Below are positions 17,303-26,019 of a DNA stretch of 64,000 bases, piece by piece (the stretch's first letter is position 1; the number at the start of each line of letters is the position of its first letter). This stretch comes from Planctomycetia bacterium. GTDB taxonomy: Bacteria > Planctomycetota > Planctomycetia > Pirellulales > Pirellulaceae. Where the stretch lies: assembly GCA_031367855.1 (NCBI GenBank), contig JANLQO010000454.1, positions 7,362 to 71,361 of the forward strand, given 5' to 3'. A model generated the notes under the pieces. It ran no database searches. It was not told the origin of the DNA and was given only the letters and a program-made list of their open reading frames with translations. Both the position numbers and the translations under genes were made by a program.

Positions 17303-19648
17303 ATGGCATTTCGTAACTTTTTCAGCACGGCATTTTTTCCAGTGACAGACCACGACGGTCAGCAGCAACTGACCCAACAAATTCTCGACTTCGTTTACCA
17401 CCCCCAATATCAACCCACCAAACCCAAGGGCATTCACCAAGCGCTGCGACTGCCTCCCGATCAGTATGCTGATGTTCGCAAAGCGGTGAAGAGCTTAGTG
17501 CTGACAGGCCAATTGGCTTATGGCGGCAACCATCTGGTGGTTACGCCCGAACAAGTTTCCGGCGATCCCAAACTTACTCGCGGCACTTTCCGTCAGGCGG
17601 CTGCAGGATTCGGATTCGTGCGGCCCGTGGCCACGGGCCGCTTGGCGACATCTGAAGATATCTTCATTCCGGCTGGCCAAACCAGCTCGGCGATGGACGG
17701 AGATATGGTGCAGATTCGGGTACGACCAAGTCGTCGCGGCTCAGGCACCGAGGGTGAAGTGCTCGAAGTACTCGAACGCGCGCGGCGACAGTTCGCGGGT
17801 ACCTTTGGTGAACACGAAGGCAAGTCGGTTGTTTGGCTGGATGGAGTCGTGATCGGAGGCCCAGTCGAAGTTGGCGACGTGCGCGGTCTGCCAGTCCAAA
17901 CGGGCGATAAGGTCGTCGTCGAGATCGTACAATATCCGCAGGGTGACACGCCAGGCGAAGCGGTCATCATGGAAGTGCTCGGTTCAAGCAAGAACCCGGC
18001 CGTCGATACGCTCGCCGTGATGCGGCAATTCGGTTTGGCCGAAGAATTTCCCGCCGAGGTAATCGAACAAGCTCGCGAGTTGGCCGATCGCTTCGTGGAA
18101 GGTGAGATCGAACCTGATCGACGGGATCTAACCAAAGTCGTCACGTTAACGATTGACCCCTATGATGCTCGCGACTTCGATGATGCGGTATCGCTCAGCA
18201 AAAACGAGAAGGGACACTGGGAGTTGATGGTGCACATCGCCGATGTATCGCACTTCGTTCCCATTGGCACGCCGCTGGATGCGGAAGCGCGCAAGCGCGC
18301 CACCAGCGTCTATTTGCCCGACCGCGTCATCCCCATGTTGCCGGAACTGATCAGCAATCACTTGGCCAGTCTCCAACCCGATAAAATTCGGATGACTAAG
18401 ACCGTCTTGATGGAGATGACTAGCGATGGCATCGTCGTCCATCAAGAAGTGTTCAATTCGGCCATTCACAACGACAAACGTTTGAATTATGAACAGGTCG
18501 ATCAGTTCCTTGAAAACCGCGAGGCATGGCGTGAATTACTGACGCCGCAGATTTGGACTCTGCTAGGCGACATGCACGAATTGGCCATGGTCTTGCGCAG
18601 TAACCGCAAAACCAAAGGCGCGATCGAACTGCATCTCCCCGAAGTGAAGATCGATCTCGACAAAGCTGGCAAAGTGAAAGGTGCGAGGTTGGTCCAAAAC
18701 ACCGAGAGCCACCAGATGATCGAAGAGTTCATGTTGGCCGCCAATCAAGCGGTCGCTATGTGGCTCGACGATTTGCAAATTCCATTCCTCCGCCGCGCGC
18801 ACGCCGCTCCCGAACGCCGCAAAATGCGCAAGCTCACAGAATTCGTGCAAGACCTCGGCATCCGCGTGCAGAACCTCGAAGATCGCTTCGAGATTCAAAA
18901 AGTGGTCGAGTCTGTTAAAGGAAAATCCACTGAGTTTGCAGTGAACTATGCAATTCTCAAGTCGATGAGTAAAGCCGTCTATCAACCCGATTTCGAGCAA
19001 CACTACGCGCTGCAGTTCGATCATTACTGCCATTTTACCAGCCCCATTCGTCGCTATCCCGATTTGCAAGTGCATCGAACCGTCGATCGCTTGGTCCGCA
19101 ATGTCAAGCCTGTAGGCGACCCCGTACCAGTGTTGATTACTCTTGGTCATCATTGTTCCGATAAAGAACAAAATGCTGAGTGGGCCGAACGCGAAGTGAT
19201 CAAAATCAAAATCCTTCACTTCCTCAACAAGCAGATTGGCCAATCGATGCCCGGGGTCATCAGCGGCGTGACTCCCGAAGGTTTTTATGTGCGTGGCACC
19301 AAGTTCCCCGCCGAAGGATTTGTCACGATCAAGAGTTTACCCAAGGATCGCTATCGTTTCGAAAAGCAGGGACACTACATCGAAGGATTCCGCAGCGGCA
19401 ATCGTTTCCGACTCGGCGATGAATTAACCGTTCGAATTGAAGAATGCGACCTAGCCCGTCGCGCCTTGCTGTTAAGCGTTGTCACCAATCACACTTCGCG
19501 CGGCGAGTCCACCGCGCCCGTTCGCACCGGTGGCAAAGCCGCCAAGCGCGCCGACTCGCCCAGCCGCAAGTCCAAGAACGGAACTATCAAAGCCAAGTTC
19601 ACGTCAAAAAAATCCAAAGCTCGCAGCACCAAGAAGCGGCGCCGATAG
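17303..19648 (+). CDS. rnr: Ribonuclease R
   Basis: 781-aa ORF with RNB-domain motifs (TIDPYDARDFDDAVS, YLPDRVIPMLPE, HYALQFDHYCHFTSPIRRYPDL), a C-terminal S1-like segment and a Lys/Arg-rich tail. Confidence 0.9.
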   Translation: MAFRNFFSTAFFPVTDHDGQQQLTQQILDFVYHPQYQPTKPKGIHQALRLPPDQYADVRKAVKSLVLTGQLAYGGNHLVVTPEQVSGDPKLTRGTFRQAAAGFGFVRPVATGRLATSEDIFIPAGQTSSAMDGDMVQIRVRPSRRGSGTEGEVLEVLERARRQFAGTFGEHEGKSVVWLDGVVIGGPVEVGDVRGLPVQTGDKVVVEIVQYPQGDTPGEAVIMEVLGSSKNPAVDTLAVMRQFGLAEEFPAEVIEQARELADRFVEGEIEPDRRDLTKVVTLTIDPYDARDFDDAVSLSKNEKGHWELMVHIADVSHFVPIGTPLDAEARKRATSVYLPDRVIPMLPELISNHLASLQPDKIRMTKTVLMEMTSDGIVVHQEVFNSAIHNDKRLNYEQVDQFLENREAWRELLTPQIWTLLGDMHELAMVLRSNRKTKGAIELHLPEVKIDLDKAGKVKGARLVQNTESHQMIEEFMLAANQAVAMWLDDLQIPFLRRAHAAPERRKMRKLTEFVQDLGIRVQNLEDRFEIQKVVESVKGKSTEFAVNYAILKSMSKAVYQPDFEQHYALQFDHYCHFTSPIRRYPDLQVHRTVDRLVRNVKPVGDPVPVLITLGHHCSDKEQNAEWAEREVIKIKILHFLNKQIGQSMPGVISGVTPEGFYVRGTKFPAEGFVTIKSLPKDRYRFEKQGHYIEGFRSGNRFRLGDELTVRIEECDLARRALLLSVVTNHTSRGESTAPVRTGGKAAKRADSPSRKSKNGTIKAKFTSKKSKARSTKKRRR

Positions 19649-19673
19649 TGTAGAACGATTGTCTCAATCGTTT
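19646..19673 (+). repeat. R2 repeat, single hairpin unit
   Basis: The unit is TAGTGTAGAACGATTGtctCAATCGTTT. Its first three bases are the TAG stop of rnr. Confidence 0.65.
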
Positions 19674-19695
19674 TTGCATAGTGACGCTCTATGGC

Positions 19696-19806
19696 TCATC
19701 CGTACAGGCGTTTCGCAACGAGCAGAACGATGGCAATGGCACCCATGCCGACGATTATCCACCAAATTGCACCGCCGGTCGTAAGGTATTTCTTCCAAGT
19801 TGACAT
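19696..19806 (-). CDS. Candidate 36-aa single-pass membrane peptide
   Basis: My own translation gives MSTWKKYLTTGGAIWWIIVGMGAIAIVLLVAKRLYG. An AAGGAA Shine-Dalgarno-like motif lies 6 nt upstream of the ATG. The ORF is below the 60-aa cutoff of the ORF track. Confidence 0.3.
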   Translation of the reverse strand: MSTWKKYLTTGGAIWWIIVGMGAIAIVLLVAKRLYG

Positions 19807-20075
19807 TGTGTTCCTTTCGAATAGAACGGATTGATTTCCCTAGTAAACCATGTTCCTTGAACTTCATCGCAATTTTGATTTTTTGGAATTCTCGCACGAA
19901 GGTGGCACAACCCAGAGTTTTTGATGCACTCCTCATTGTATAGAGTATGCTTCCCGCTTTTCAAATGGCGTGGAGTCGCGGGCAAGCAGGCTGCTTCTCG
20001 GTGTTTCCACTTCTGGAGGATCGGACTCGGCGAATCGCCCGGCGGCTGCTATGCTAGTGGAAAGGGTGAACGGAT

Positions 20076-22490
20076 ATGCGGAACAATTATTGCAACATGC
20101 GGTGTCTATTCGGGTCGTGCTGCTGGGCATGCTGCTGGTTGTCTTTCGCAAACATAGGCTTAAAAAGTAGCGATGCTCAAGATAACGTGCTTGAGTCCTT
20201 CATGAGGCGCTACTGTGTCGAATGTCACCAGACCGTGCAGCCGACGAGCGGCGTTGTGTTACCTCAAGCGAAACTTGATGACGTCAGCACCCATAGCGAA
20301 CTATGGGAGAAAGTGGTTCGGAAACTAGCGGCTAGGCAAATGCCACCGCAAGATTCTGACATACCCAGCGATGCCGATTACGAGCAGTTTCTGAAGCAGC
20401 TAACGGGGGCTCTCGATCGACAGGCGCTCGAGTATCCTCAGCCAGGCCGCACCGCGTCGCTACGACGCATGAACCGAACCGAGTATCGCAACGCCATCCG
20501 CGATTTGTTGGCACTTGATATTGATGTTGCGCATCTCTTGCCGCCTGATGAATCGAGCGGCGGGTTTGATAATGTGACGGTAACCGATCTGTCGCCGACG
20601 TTGCTAAGTCGCTACATAACCGCCTCGCAGAAAATCAGCCGCTTGGCGATCGGCAATCCTCTGCCCGCGCCTCAAGGGGACACGATTCGCGTACCTGCCG
20701 ACCAGACTCAGGAAGACCACGTCACCGGTTTACCCATCGGTACTCGTGGCGGGGCATTGATCCCATACAACTTTCCACAGAGCGGCGAATATGAAATTCA
20801 AATTCGTTTGGCCCGTGATCGCAACGAAGAGGTCGAGGGATTGCACGAGCGTCATCAATTGCAAGTATTGCTCGACCGCGATCTGTTAGCGAAATTTGAA
20901 GTCAAACCGCCCAAGGACAAAAATCACAGCCTAGTTGACGCGCACTTGGTCGCTCGTATACAAGCCACCGCAGGCCCACACAACGTAGGTGTGACTTTCG
21001 TCAAAAAACCCAAAGCACTTGTCGAAACCAAACGCGAGCCCTACGCGGCGCATTTCAATATGCACCGCCACCCCAGACTGTCGCCAGCCGTGTATCAAGT
21101 CTCCATCGCGGGACCATTTACAACAACACTCGCAGTTACATCTGAGCAAAGCACACCCAGTCGAAATCGCATTCTGATTTCACAGCCAAAAAAGGTGGAC
21201 CAAGAGCCCGATTGTGCACAGCAAATCGTATCGCAGTTGATCCGACGCGCGTACCGTCGACCCATTCAACCGGAGGATCTCGTTCAGCCCATGAAGTTCT
21301 ATGCGGCAGCCCGCGCAACGGGAAATTTTGAAAGTGGTATCGAAGCGGCGTTAAGCGCTGTTTTGGTGAATCCTAATTTCTTGCTACGGATCGAACATGA
21401 CCCTTCACCCATTGCGGCCGACACCGTTTATCGGATTAGCGACATCGAGTTGGCTTCACGCCTATCGTTTTTCCTATGGAGCAGTCTGCCGGATGACGAG
21501 TTGCTTGAACTGGCGGAACGCGGCACGTTGCATCAACCGAATGTGCTGGAAGAACAGACGCGGCGAATGTTGGCGGATGCGAGATCGAGCAATTTGATCG
21601 ATAACTTCGCAGCCCAGTGGTTATACCTTCGCAACTTGGATTCGATCACGCCGGATCTTCGCCAATTCCCAGACTTCGACGACAATTTGCGTCAGTCGTT
21701 TCGGCAAGAGACTGAGATGTTCGTCGATAGTATCGTGCGCGAAGATCGCAGCGTCACGGATTTGCTCGATGCCGATTACACATTTCTAAACGAGCGACTG
21801 GCCAAGCACTATGACATCCCGCACATCTATGGTTCGCGTTTTCGCCGAGTGCAATTGGATGCGGCGACCCATCGCGGTGGGCTGTTGAGGCATGGAAGTA
21901 TCCTTACGGTGACGTCGTACGCGACTCGCACTTCGCCGGTGATTCGCGGTCATTGGATACTAAAGAATATCATCGGTGCGCCTCCCGCGCCCCCTCCACC
22001 TGATGTCCCAGCGCTGAAAGACAACACGGTTTCCGCTTCGCTGCCGATTAAGGAGCGATTGGCGGAGCATCGCGCCCAGGCAGCCTGCGCCAGCTGCCAC
22101 AATTTGATGGACCCGATTGGTTTTGCAATGGAGAACTTTGATGCCGTCGGGCGTTGGCGGGAGACCGACCTGGGCCAGCCGATCGATGCCAGCGGGCAGA
22201 TGCTGGGCGGAGTCGAGTTTGCCGGTGTCACCGAGCTTGAGCAAGCGTTGGTCAAACGCCCCGAGTTGTTTGCGAGTACACTAAGCGAGAGATTATTGAT
22301 GTTTGCGATTGGACGCAGTTTGACGCATGCCGATGCGCCAGCGGTTCGCAAGATTGTTGAGGATGCTCGGTCGCATCCGGCAGATGCGACCCGCGTTAGC
22401 TTGCCCGGTGGTTCGCTGAATTATCGGTTTTCGTCGCTCATCGTTGGGATCACGAAAAGCACACCGTTCTTGATGAGGACCTCAGAATGA
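20076..22490 (+). CDS. DUF1587/DUF1592/DUF1595/DUF1588/DUF1585 multi-domain protein with a cytochrome-c motif
   Basis: 804-aa ORF with the N-terminal CVECH motif and characteristic blocks (ELASRLSFFLWSSLPDDELL, FAAQWLYLRNL, RGGLLRHGSILTVTS, CASCHNLMDPIGFAMENFDAVGRWR). The start may be an internal ATG such as 20097. Confidence 0.85.
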   Translation: MRNNYCNMRCLFGSCCWACCWLSFANIGLKSSDAQDNVLESFMRRYCVECHQTVQPTSGVVLPQAKLDDVSTHSELWEKVVRKLAARQMPPQDSDIPSDADYEQFLKQLTGALDRQALEYPQPGRTASLRRMNRTEYRNAIRDLLALDIDVAHLLPPDESSGGFDNVTVTDLSPTLLSRYITASQKISRLAIGNPLPAPQGDTIRVPADQTQEDHVTGLPIGTRGGALIPYNFPQSGEYEIQIRLARDRNEEVEGLHERHQLQVLLDRDLLAKFEVKPPKDKNHSLVDAHLVARIQATAGPHNVGVTFVKKPKALVETKREPYAAHFNMHRHPRLSPAVYQVSIAGPFTTTLAVTSEQSTPSRNRILISQPKKVDQEPDCAQQIVSQLIRRAYRRPIQPEDLVQPMKFYAAARATGNFESGIEAALSAVLVNPNFLLRIEHDPSPIAADTVYRISDIELASRLSFFLWSSLPDDELLELAERGTLHQPNVLEEQTRRMLADARSSNLIDNFAAQWLYLRNLDSITPDLRQFPDFDDNLRQSFRQETEMFVDSIVREDRSVTDLLDADYTFLNERLAKHYDIPHIYGSRFRRVQLDAATHRGGLLRHGSILTVTSYATRTSPVIRGHWILKNIIGAPPAPPPPDVPALKDNTVSASLPIKERLAEHRAQAACASCHNLMDPIGFAMENFDAVGRWRETDLGQPIDASGQMLGGVEFAGVTELEQALVKRPELFASTLSERLLMFAIGRSLTHADAPAVRKIVEDARSHPADATRVSLPGGSLNYRFSSLIVGITKSTPFLMRTSE

Positions 22491-23833
22491 TCGTGATGAA
22501 ACGAGCCCTACCACGACGGACTTTTTTGCGAGGCTTGGGGACCGTTCTTTCCCTGCCGCTGCTCGATGCCATGATCCCGGCGATGACCGCGATAGCCGCT
22601 ACGCCAGCCAATCCGGCCAGCTTGCGTCGGCTTGGATTTATCTACATGCCGATGGGCTGCGACGTTACTCGCTGGACGCCGGAAGGTGTAACACTCGACA
22701 AGCTATCGCCGACGTTGGAGCCGCTGGCACCAATCAAGTCGCATGTGACAGCCATCAGCAACCTTGAGTTGCAAAACGCCTATCCGGGAACACACGCGAC
22801 TTCGAACGCAGCTTTCTTAAGTGCCGCTCGTGCGAAGTTGACCGAGAGCACGGACTACTATTTAGGAACAACCGCCGACCAAATCGCTGCTCAGCAAATC
22901 GGTTTGGATACGCAATTACCTTCGCTTGAGTTGTCGATGGATCTGTTGTCGACGGTTGGCCAGTGCGACAACGGATACGCCTGTGTTTATCAGAATAATT
23001 TGTCATGGTCATCGCCCACAACGCCGCTCCCTTCGGAGGCCCATCCGCGGATTGTGTTTGAAAATCTGTTTGGCGATGGAGGCAGCATGGCTCAGCGTCG
23101 CGAAGCCTTGGAGAAGCAGGCCAGCTTGCTGGACTCGGTGATGTCGGAAATTACACGATTGGGCCAGCAGCTCGGTGCGCAGGATCGCAATCGCGTCGAT
23201 GCGTACTTGCAGACCATTCGCGAAGTGGAGCGCCGCATTCAACAAGCGGAAGCGAGCGTCGCAGAAAATCCACTGCCCGACCTCGACCGGCCGATCGGTG
23301 TCCCGGCCGCTTACGCTGAACATGCCAAATTGATGTTCGATTTGCAGGTGTTGGCTTTGCAAGGCGATATTACCCGCGTTATCACCTTTCAATTGGCTCG
23401 CGAAACCAGCAATCGAACTTATCCAGAGATTGGCGTGTCCGATCCCCATCATCCGCTAACGCACCACGGCAACGATCCAGAAAAAGTTGCAAAAGTCGCA
23501 TTGATTAATCGTTTTCACGTTTCCCTGTTCGCTGATTTCTTGATGAAGCTGCAAGCCACGCCTGAAGCCGGCGGTACGTTGCTCGACCATTCGCTATATC
23601 TCTATGGCAGCGGTATGGGCAATCCTAACTTGCACGACCACAAGAACCTGCCGATCTTGGTTGCGGGCGGCGCGGCTGGCAAGATGCAGGGCGGTCGTCA
23701 CATCAAGCTCGACGAACCCACCCCGCTCGCCAATCTGCACTTAACGCTGCTCGACAAAGTCGGTGTGCGGCTCGACAAGTTCGCCGATAGTGATGGACCA
23801 ATTCCCGGCTTGTTCGAACCCCTTTCGATTTGA
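22487..23833 (+). CDS. DUF1552 protein
   Basis: The N-terminus is Tat-like (RRTFLRGLGTVLSLP). DUF1552 blocks are present (SDPHHPLTHHGNDPEK, LLDHSLYLYGSGMGNPNLHDH, LPILVAGGAAG). Its start overlaps the stop of the DUF1592 partner gene by 4 nt (ATGA). Confidence 0.85.
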   Translation: MIVMKRALPRRTFLRGLGTVLSLPLLDAMIPAMTAIAATPANPASLRRLGFIYMPMGCDVTRWTPEGVTLDKLSPTLEPLAPIKSHVTAISNLELQNAYPGTHATSNAAFLSAARAKLTESTDYYLGTTADQIAAQQIGLDTQLPSLELSMDLLSTVGQCDNGYACVYQNNLSWSSPTTPLPSEAHPRIVFENLFGDGGSMAQRREALEKQASLLDSVMSEITRLGQQLGAQDRNRVDAYLQTIREVERRIQQAEASVAENPLPDLDRPIGVPAAYAEHAKLMFDLQVLALQGDITRVITFQLARETSNRTYPEIGVSDPHHPLTHHGNDPEKVAKVALINRFHVSLFADFLMKLQATPEAGGTLLDHSLYLYGSGMGNPNLHDHKNLPILVAGGAAGKMQGGRHIKLDEPTPLANLHLTLLDKVGVRLDKFADSDGPIPGLFEPLSI

Positions 23834-23837
23834 GTGT

Positions 23838-23907
23838 CGTAGCTACGTTCGCCAGAACGTGGCTGGAACTCAAAGCGGTTCACCACGTTCTGGCGAACGT
23901 AGCTACG
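23838..23907. terminator. Perfect 25-bp-stem hairpin between convergent genes (possible bidirectional terminator or repeat)
   Basis: CGTAGCTACGTTCGCCAGAACGTGG (23838-23862) is the exact reverse complement of 23883-23907, with a 20-nt loop. There is no clear U-tract on either side. Confidence 0.45.
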
Positions 23908-23925
23908 CGCCATGAAAAATCTGGG

Positions 23926-25278
23926 CTAGAGCAGCTGGAACTCGGGCAGGGTGCTGATGGTGTGGAGCACTTCGCGGAGTTGATTTTCTTTGGGTGAACT
24001 GTCGAGCAGTTTTACGAGCTGTGTTTCGATGGCGGGCGCGAGTGGGACGGCTAACAACAAATCGCTGAACCAACCTACGATGGACTGCGGCGAGTCGAGC
24101 TTTTGTGAACGCAGGTAGGCGTCGAGCGACCCGGTGGCAAACTTGGTGGATTCATGATTTAGGATATCGCGGACTAAATTGGCGCGGCCGAGCAACGTTG
24201 ACGAGTTGATCCATGCGCGGCCACCATCCCAACCCTTGACGTTCGGCGGGTAGAACAGTCCGTGACCGAGTTTGGTCAAGTTGTCGGCCAAGCGCACGGT
24301 GTTGGTGGTTCCTTCGAGGGCTCGCAGGAAACCGATGGCCAACTCGATCGGTGAACGCACTTTGCGAGCCCAGGCATGTTCGGAAAAGAACAAATTACTG
24401 CTGAGGATTCTGGCCACGATGGGACCGATCTTCAGACCGCCGCTGCGAAATTGGTCTGCCAGAGGCTTGAGCAACTCGCGCGCGGCCAGAGGTTCGTCGA
24501 AGACAAAGTAGCGAACCAGCTTGCCCACGATGAAGTAGGGCAGCGCATCTTGTTCGAGCACGATGCGGACTGCGTCTTCACCGTCGAAGTCACCCGACTT
24601 GCCGAGCAATTGCTTGGCGTCGTTGTCGTGTTGATAGCTGTTCTTGCGAAACTTTTTGTTTCTGATTTCCCAACCTGTAAAACAGCGTGCTAATTGCTGA
24701 ACGTCCTTTTCGTTGTAGTTGCCTTCACCCAAGCAGAACAACTCCATTAATTCTCGGGCGTAGTTTTCGTTCGGGTGCGCTTTGCGGTTGGTGGCGGAGT
24801 CGAGGTAGACCAACATCGCTGGGTCGCGCGAAATGGCTTGCACCAGCGGTTCAAAATCTCCCAGCGCATGATCGCGCAGAAGTTGATTCTGTGCCCACAT
24901 CATTTCAGCATCTTGGACTTTTTCGGCACCCGTCGCAAAATGCCCGTGCCAAAACAGAGTGGTTTTTTCCAGCAATTGAGCTGGCGTATAGAGCAAGCGA
25001 TAAACCCAAGCTGCGGCCAATTGCTTGGGATCGCCACCCGCAATCACGGTTCGCGCCAACGCATCGGCTTGAGTTTCAAAATTGGTTGAATTCGCATCTT
25101 CGGCGATCAACGCGAGAACCGCGTCCGCCGGCGCTAGTTTGAGCGCTTCGTCGAGTTTCGTGGCACTCGCCCCAAAACCGGCTCGACGAAACAAGTGCGC
25201 CGCTGCGCGACGATTCCATGGCTGCGCCTCGGTCGGTACGTATTCACTCCAAGCCCATTGGGGATCGATTGGTTGCAT
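23926..25278 (-). CDS. DUF1800 protein
   Basis: Typical DUF1800 blocks are present (LFWHGHFATG, QNQLLRDHALGDFEPLVQAISRDPAMLVYLD, PNENYARELMELFCLGEGNYNEKDVQQLARCFTGW). The start is placed at M40 (25278) to avoid overlapping the upstream gene. Confidence 0.85.
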   Translation of the reverse strand: MQPIDPQWAWSEYVPTEAQPWNRRAAAHLFRRAGFGASATKLDEALKLAPADAVLALIAEDANSTNFETQADALARTVIAGGDPKQLAAAWVYRLLYTPAQLLEKTTLFWHGHFATGAEKVQDAEMMWAQNQLLRDHALGDFEPLVQAISRDPAMLVYLDSATNRKAHPNENYARELMELFCLGEGNYNEKDVQQLARCFTGWEIRNKKFRKNSYQHDNDAKQLLGKSGDFDGEDAVRIVLEQDALPYFIVGKLVRYFVFDEPLAARELLKPLADQFRSGGLKIGPIVARILSSNLFFSEHAWARKVRSPIELAIGFLRALEGTTNTVRLADNLTKLGHGLFYPPNVKGWDGGRAWINSSTLLGRANLVRDILNHESTKFATGSLDAYLRSQKLDSPQSIVGWFSDLLLAVPLAPAIETQLVKLLDSSPKENQLREVLHTISTLPEFQLL

Positions 25279-25306
25279 GACTTGGTACCAAGGGTAAAAG
25301 GTTCTT

Positions 25307-25900
25307 TCAGCCTTCTGGATCGTCAAGGAGTTCCTTGAGTCGCGATTGAAGTTGCGGCGAATAGTGAGGAAGCCATGATTCGTCGATAAGGCCAATTGAA
25401 ATCATATCACGTATGTGAACGCGGTCTTTGTCCCGGTTCGATGTCAACTTCATTCGTACCAATGCTTCCAGGGTCAGCGTTCGTGCCTCTTGCATCATGA
25501 CGTATTCGTCGAGACTGGGAACAGGTTCTGTGTAGGTGTCACGAACTTTTTCGCCAGCGAAGACAACGTGCACGGCATCGCGAGCTTTAGCGTCTGGACC
25601 GTCTAGGAACATGCTTACCCCAGCGGCTTGGCGAAAGATAAAGCCGTGCGGTTCGAGAGCTGCGACCGCGCGCGGAATGTCACTTCGGTTCAAGATAATG
25701 TCCACGTCGCGAGTATTGCGTACGACCGACTCATCTACCTGGGCAACCCAGTGCTGAACCGCGTTGCCACCAATGATTGCGTAAGGAACTTCTGCAGCAT
25801 TCAATGCACTGGTGACTCGTTTGAGTCGATCTTTTACGTTTTCCACCGCACGTTCAATCCTGTCCCATAACTCGTCGCCGACATATTTGATCTCAACCAT
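25307..25900 (-). CDS. Pol-beta-superfamily nucleotidyltransferase (small, stand-alone)
   Basis: The motifs IIGGNAV (G[GS] motif), RDVDIIL (DxD) and the C-terminal MKLTSNRDKDRVHIRDM fit minimal/DUF2204-like nucleotidyltransferases. The start is placed at M11 (25900), preceded by AGAGG. Confidence 0.55.
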   Translation of the reverse strand: MVEIKYVGDELWDRIERAVENVKDRLKRVTSALNAAEVPYAIIGGNAVQHWVAQVDESVVRNTRDVDIILNRSDIPRAVAALEPHGFIFRQAAGVSMFLDGPDAKARDAVHVVFAGEKVRDTYTEPVPSLDEYVMMQEARTLTLEALVRMKLTSNRDKDRVHIRDMISIGLIDESWLPHYSPQLQSRLKELLDDPEG

Positions 25901-26019
25901 ATTCGTATACCTCTGGCGACATTGTAGCACGAATCGGATGCTTCACTAACCGCGGGAAACTAAGCTATCGGTTCTATCTGCTGGACTAGCGCAACATGAC
26001 TCAAAGAATTTTGCGACAC

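Noticed and set aside
17593-18144. A 183-aa ORF antisense to rnr. Many similar antisense or overlapping ORFs appear in the track, for example 124..702, 13185..13775, 18563..19243, 23009..23452, 42443..42934, 59320..59841 and 63300..63785.
   Set aside because: All lie fully inside, and antisense or out of frame to, genes with strong family signatures. Their translations are low-complexity (Arg/Ser/Pro/Ala-rich), as expected for shadow ORFs in GC-rich DNA.
19970-20170. A possible frameshift at the 5' end of the DUF1592 gene. An upstream ORF in another frame contains a hydrophobic stretch (VVLLGMLLVVF) that could be the true signal peptide.
   Set aside because: The main frame already provides a plausible hydrophobic N-terminus (MRCLFGSCCWACCWLSFA) directly before the conserved CVECH motif, so a frameshift is not needed. 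It cannot be excluded without read data.
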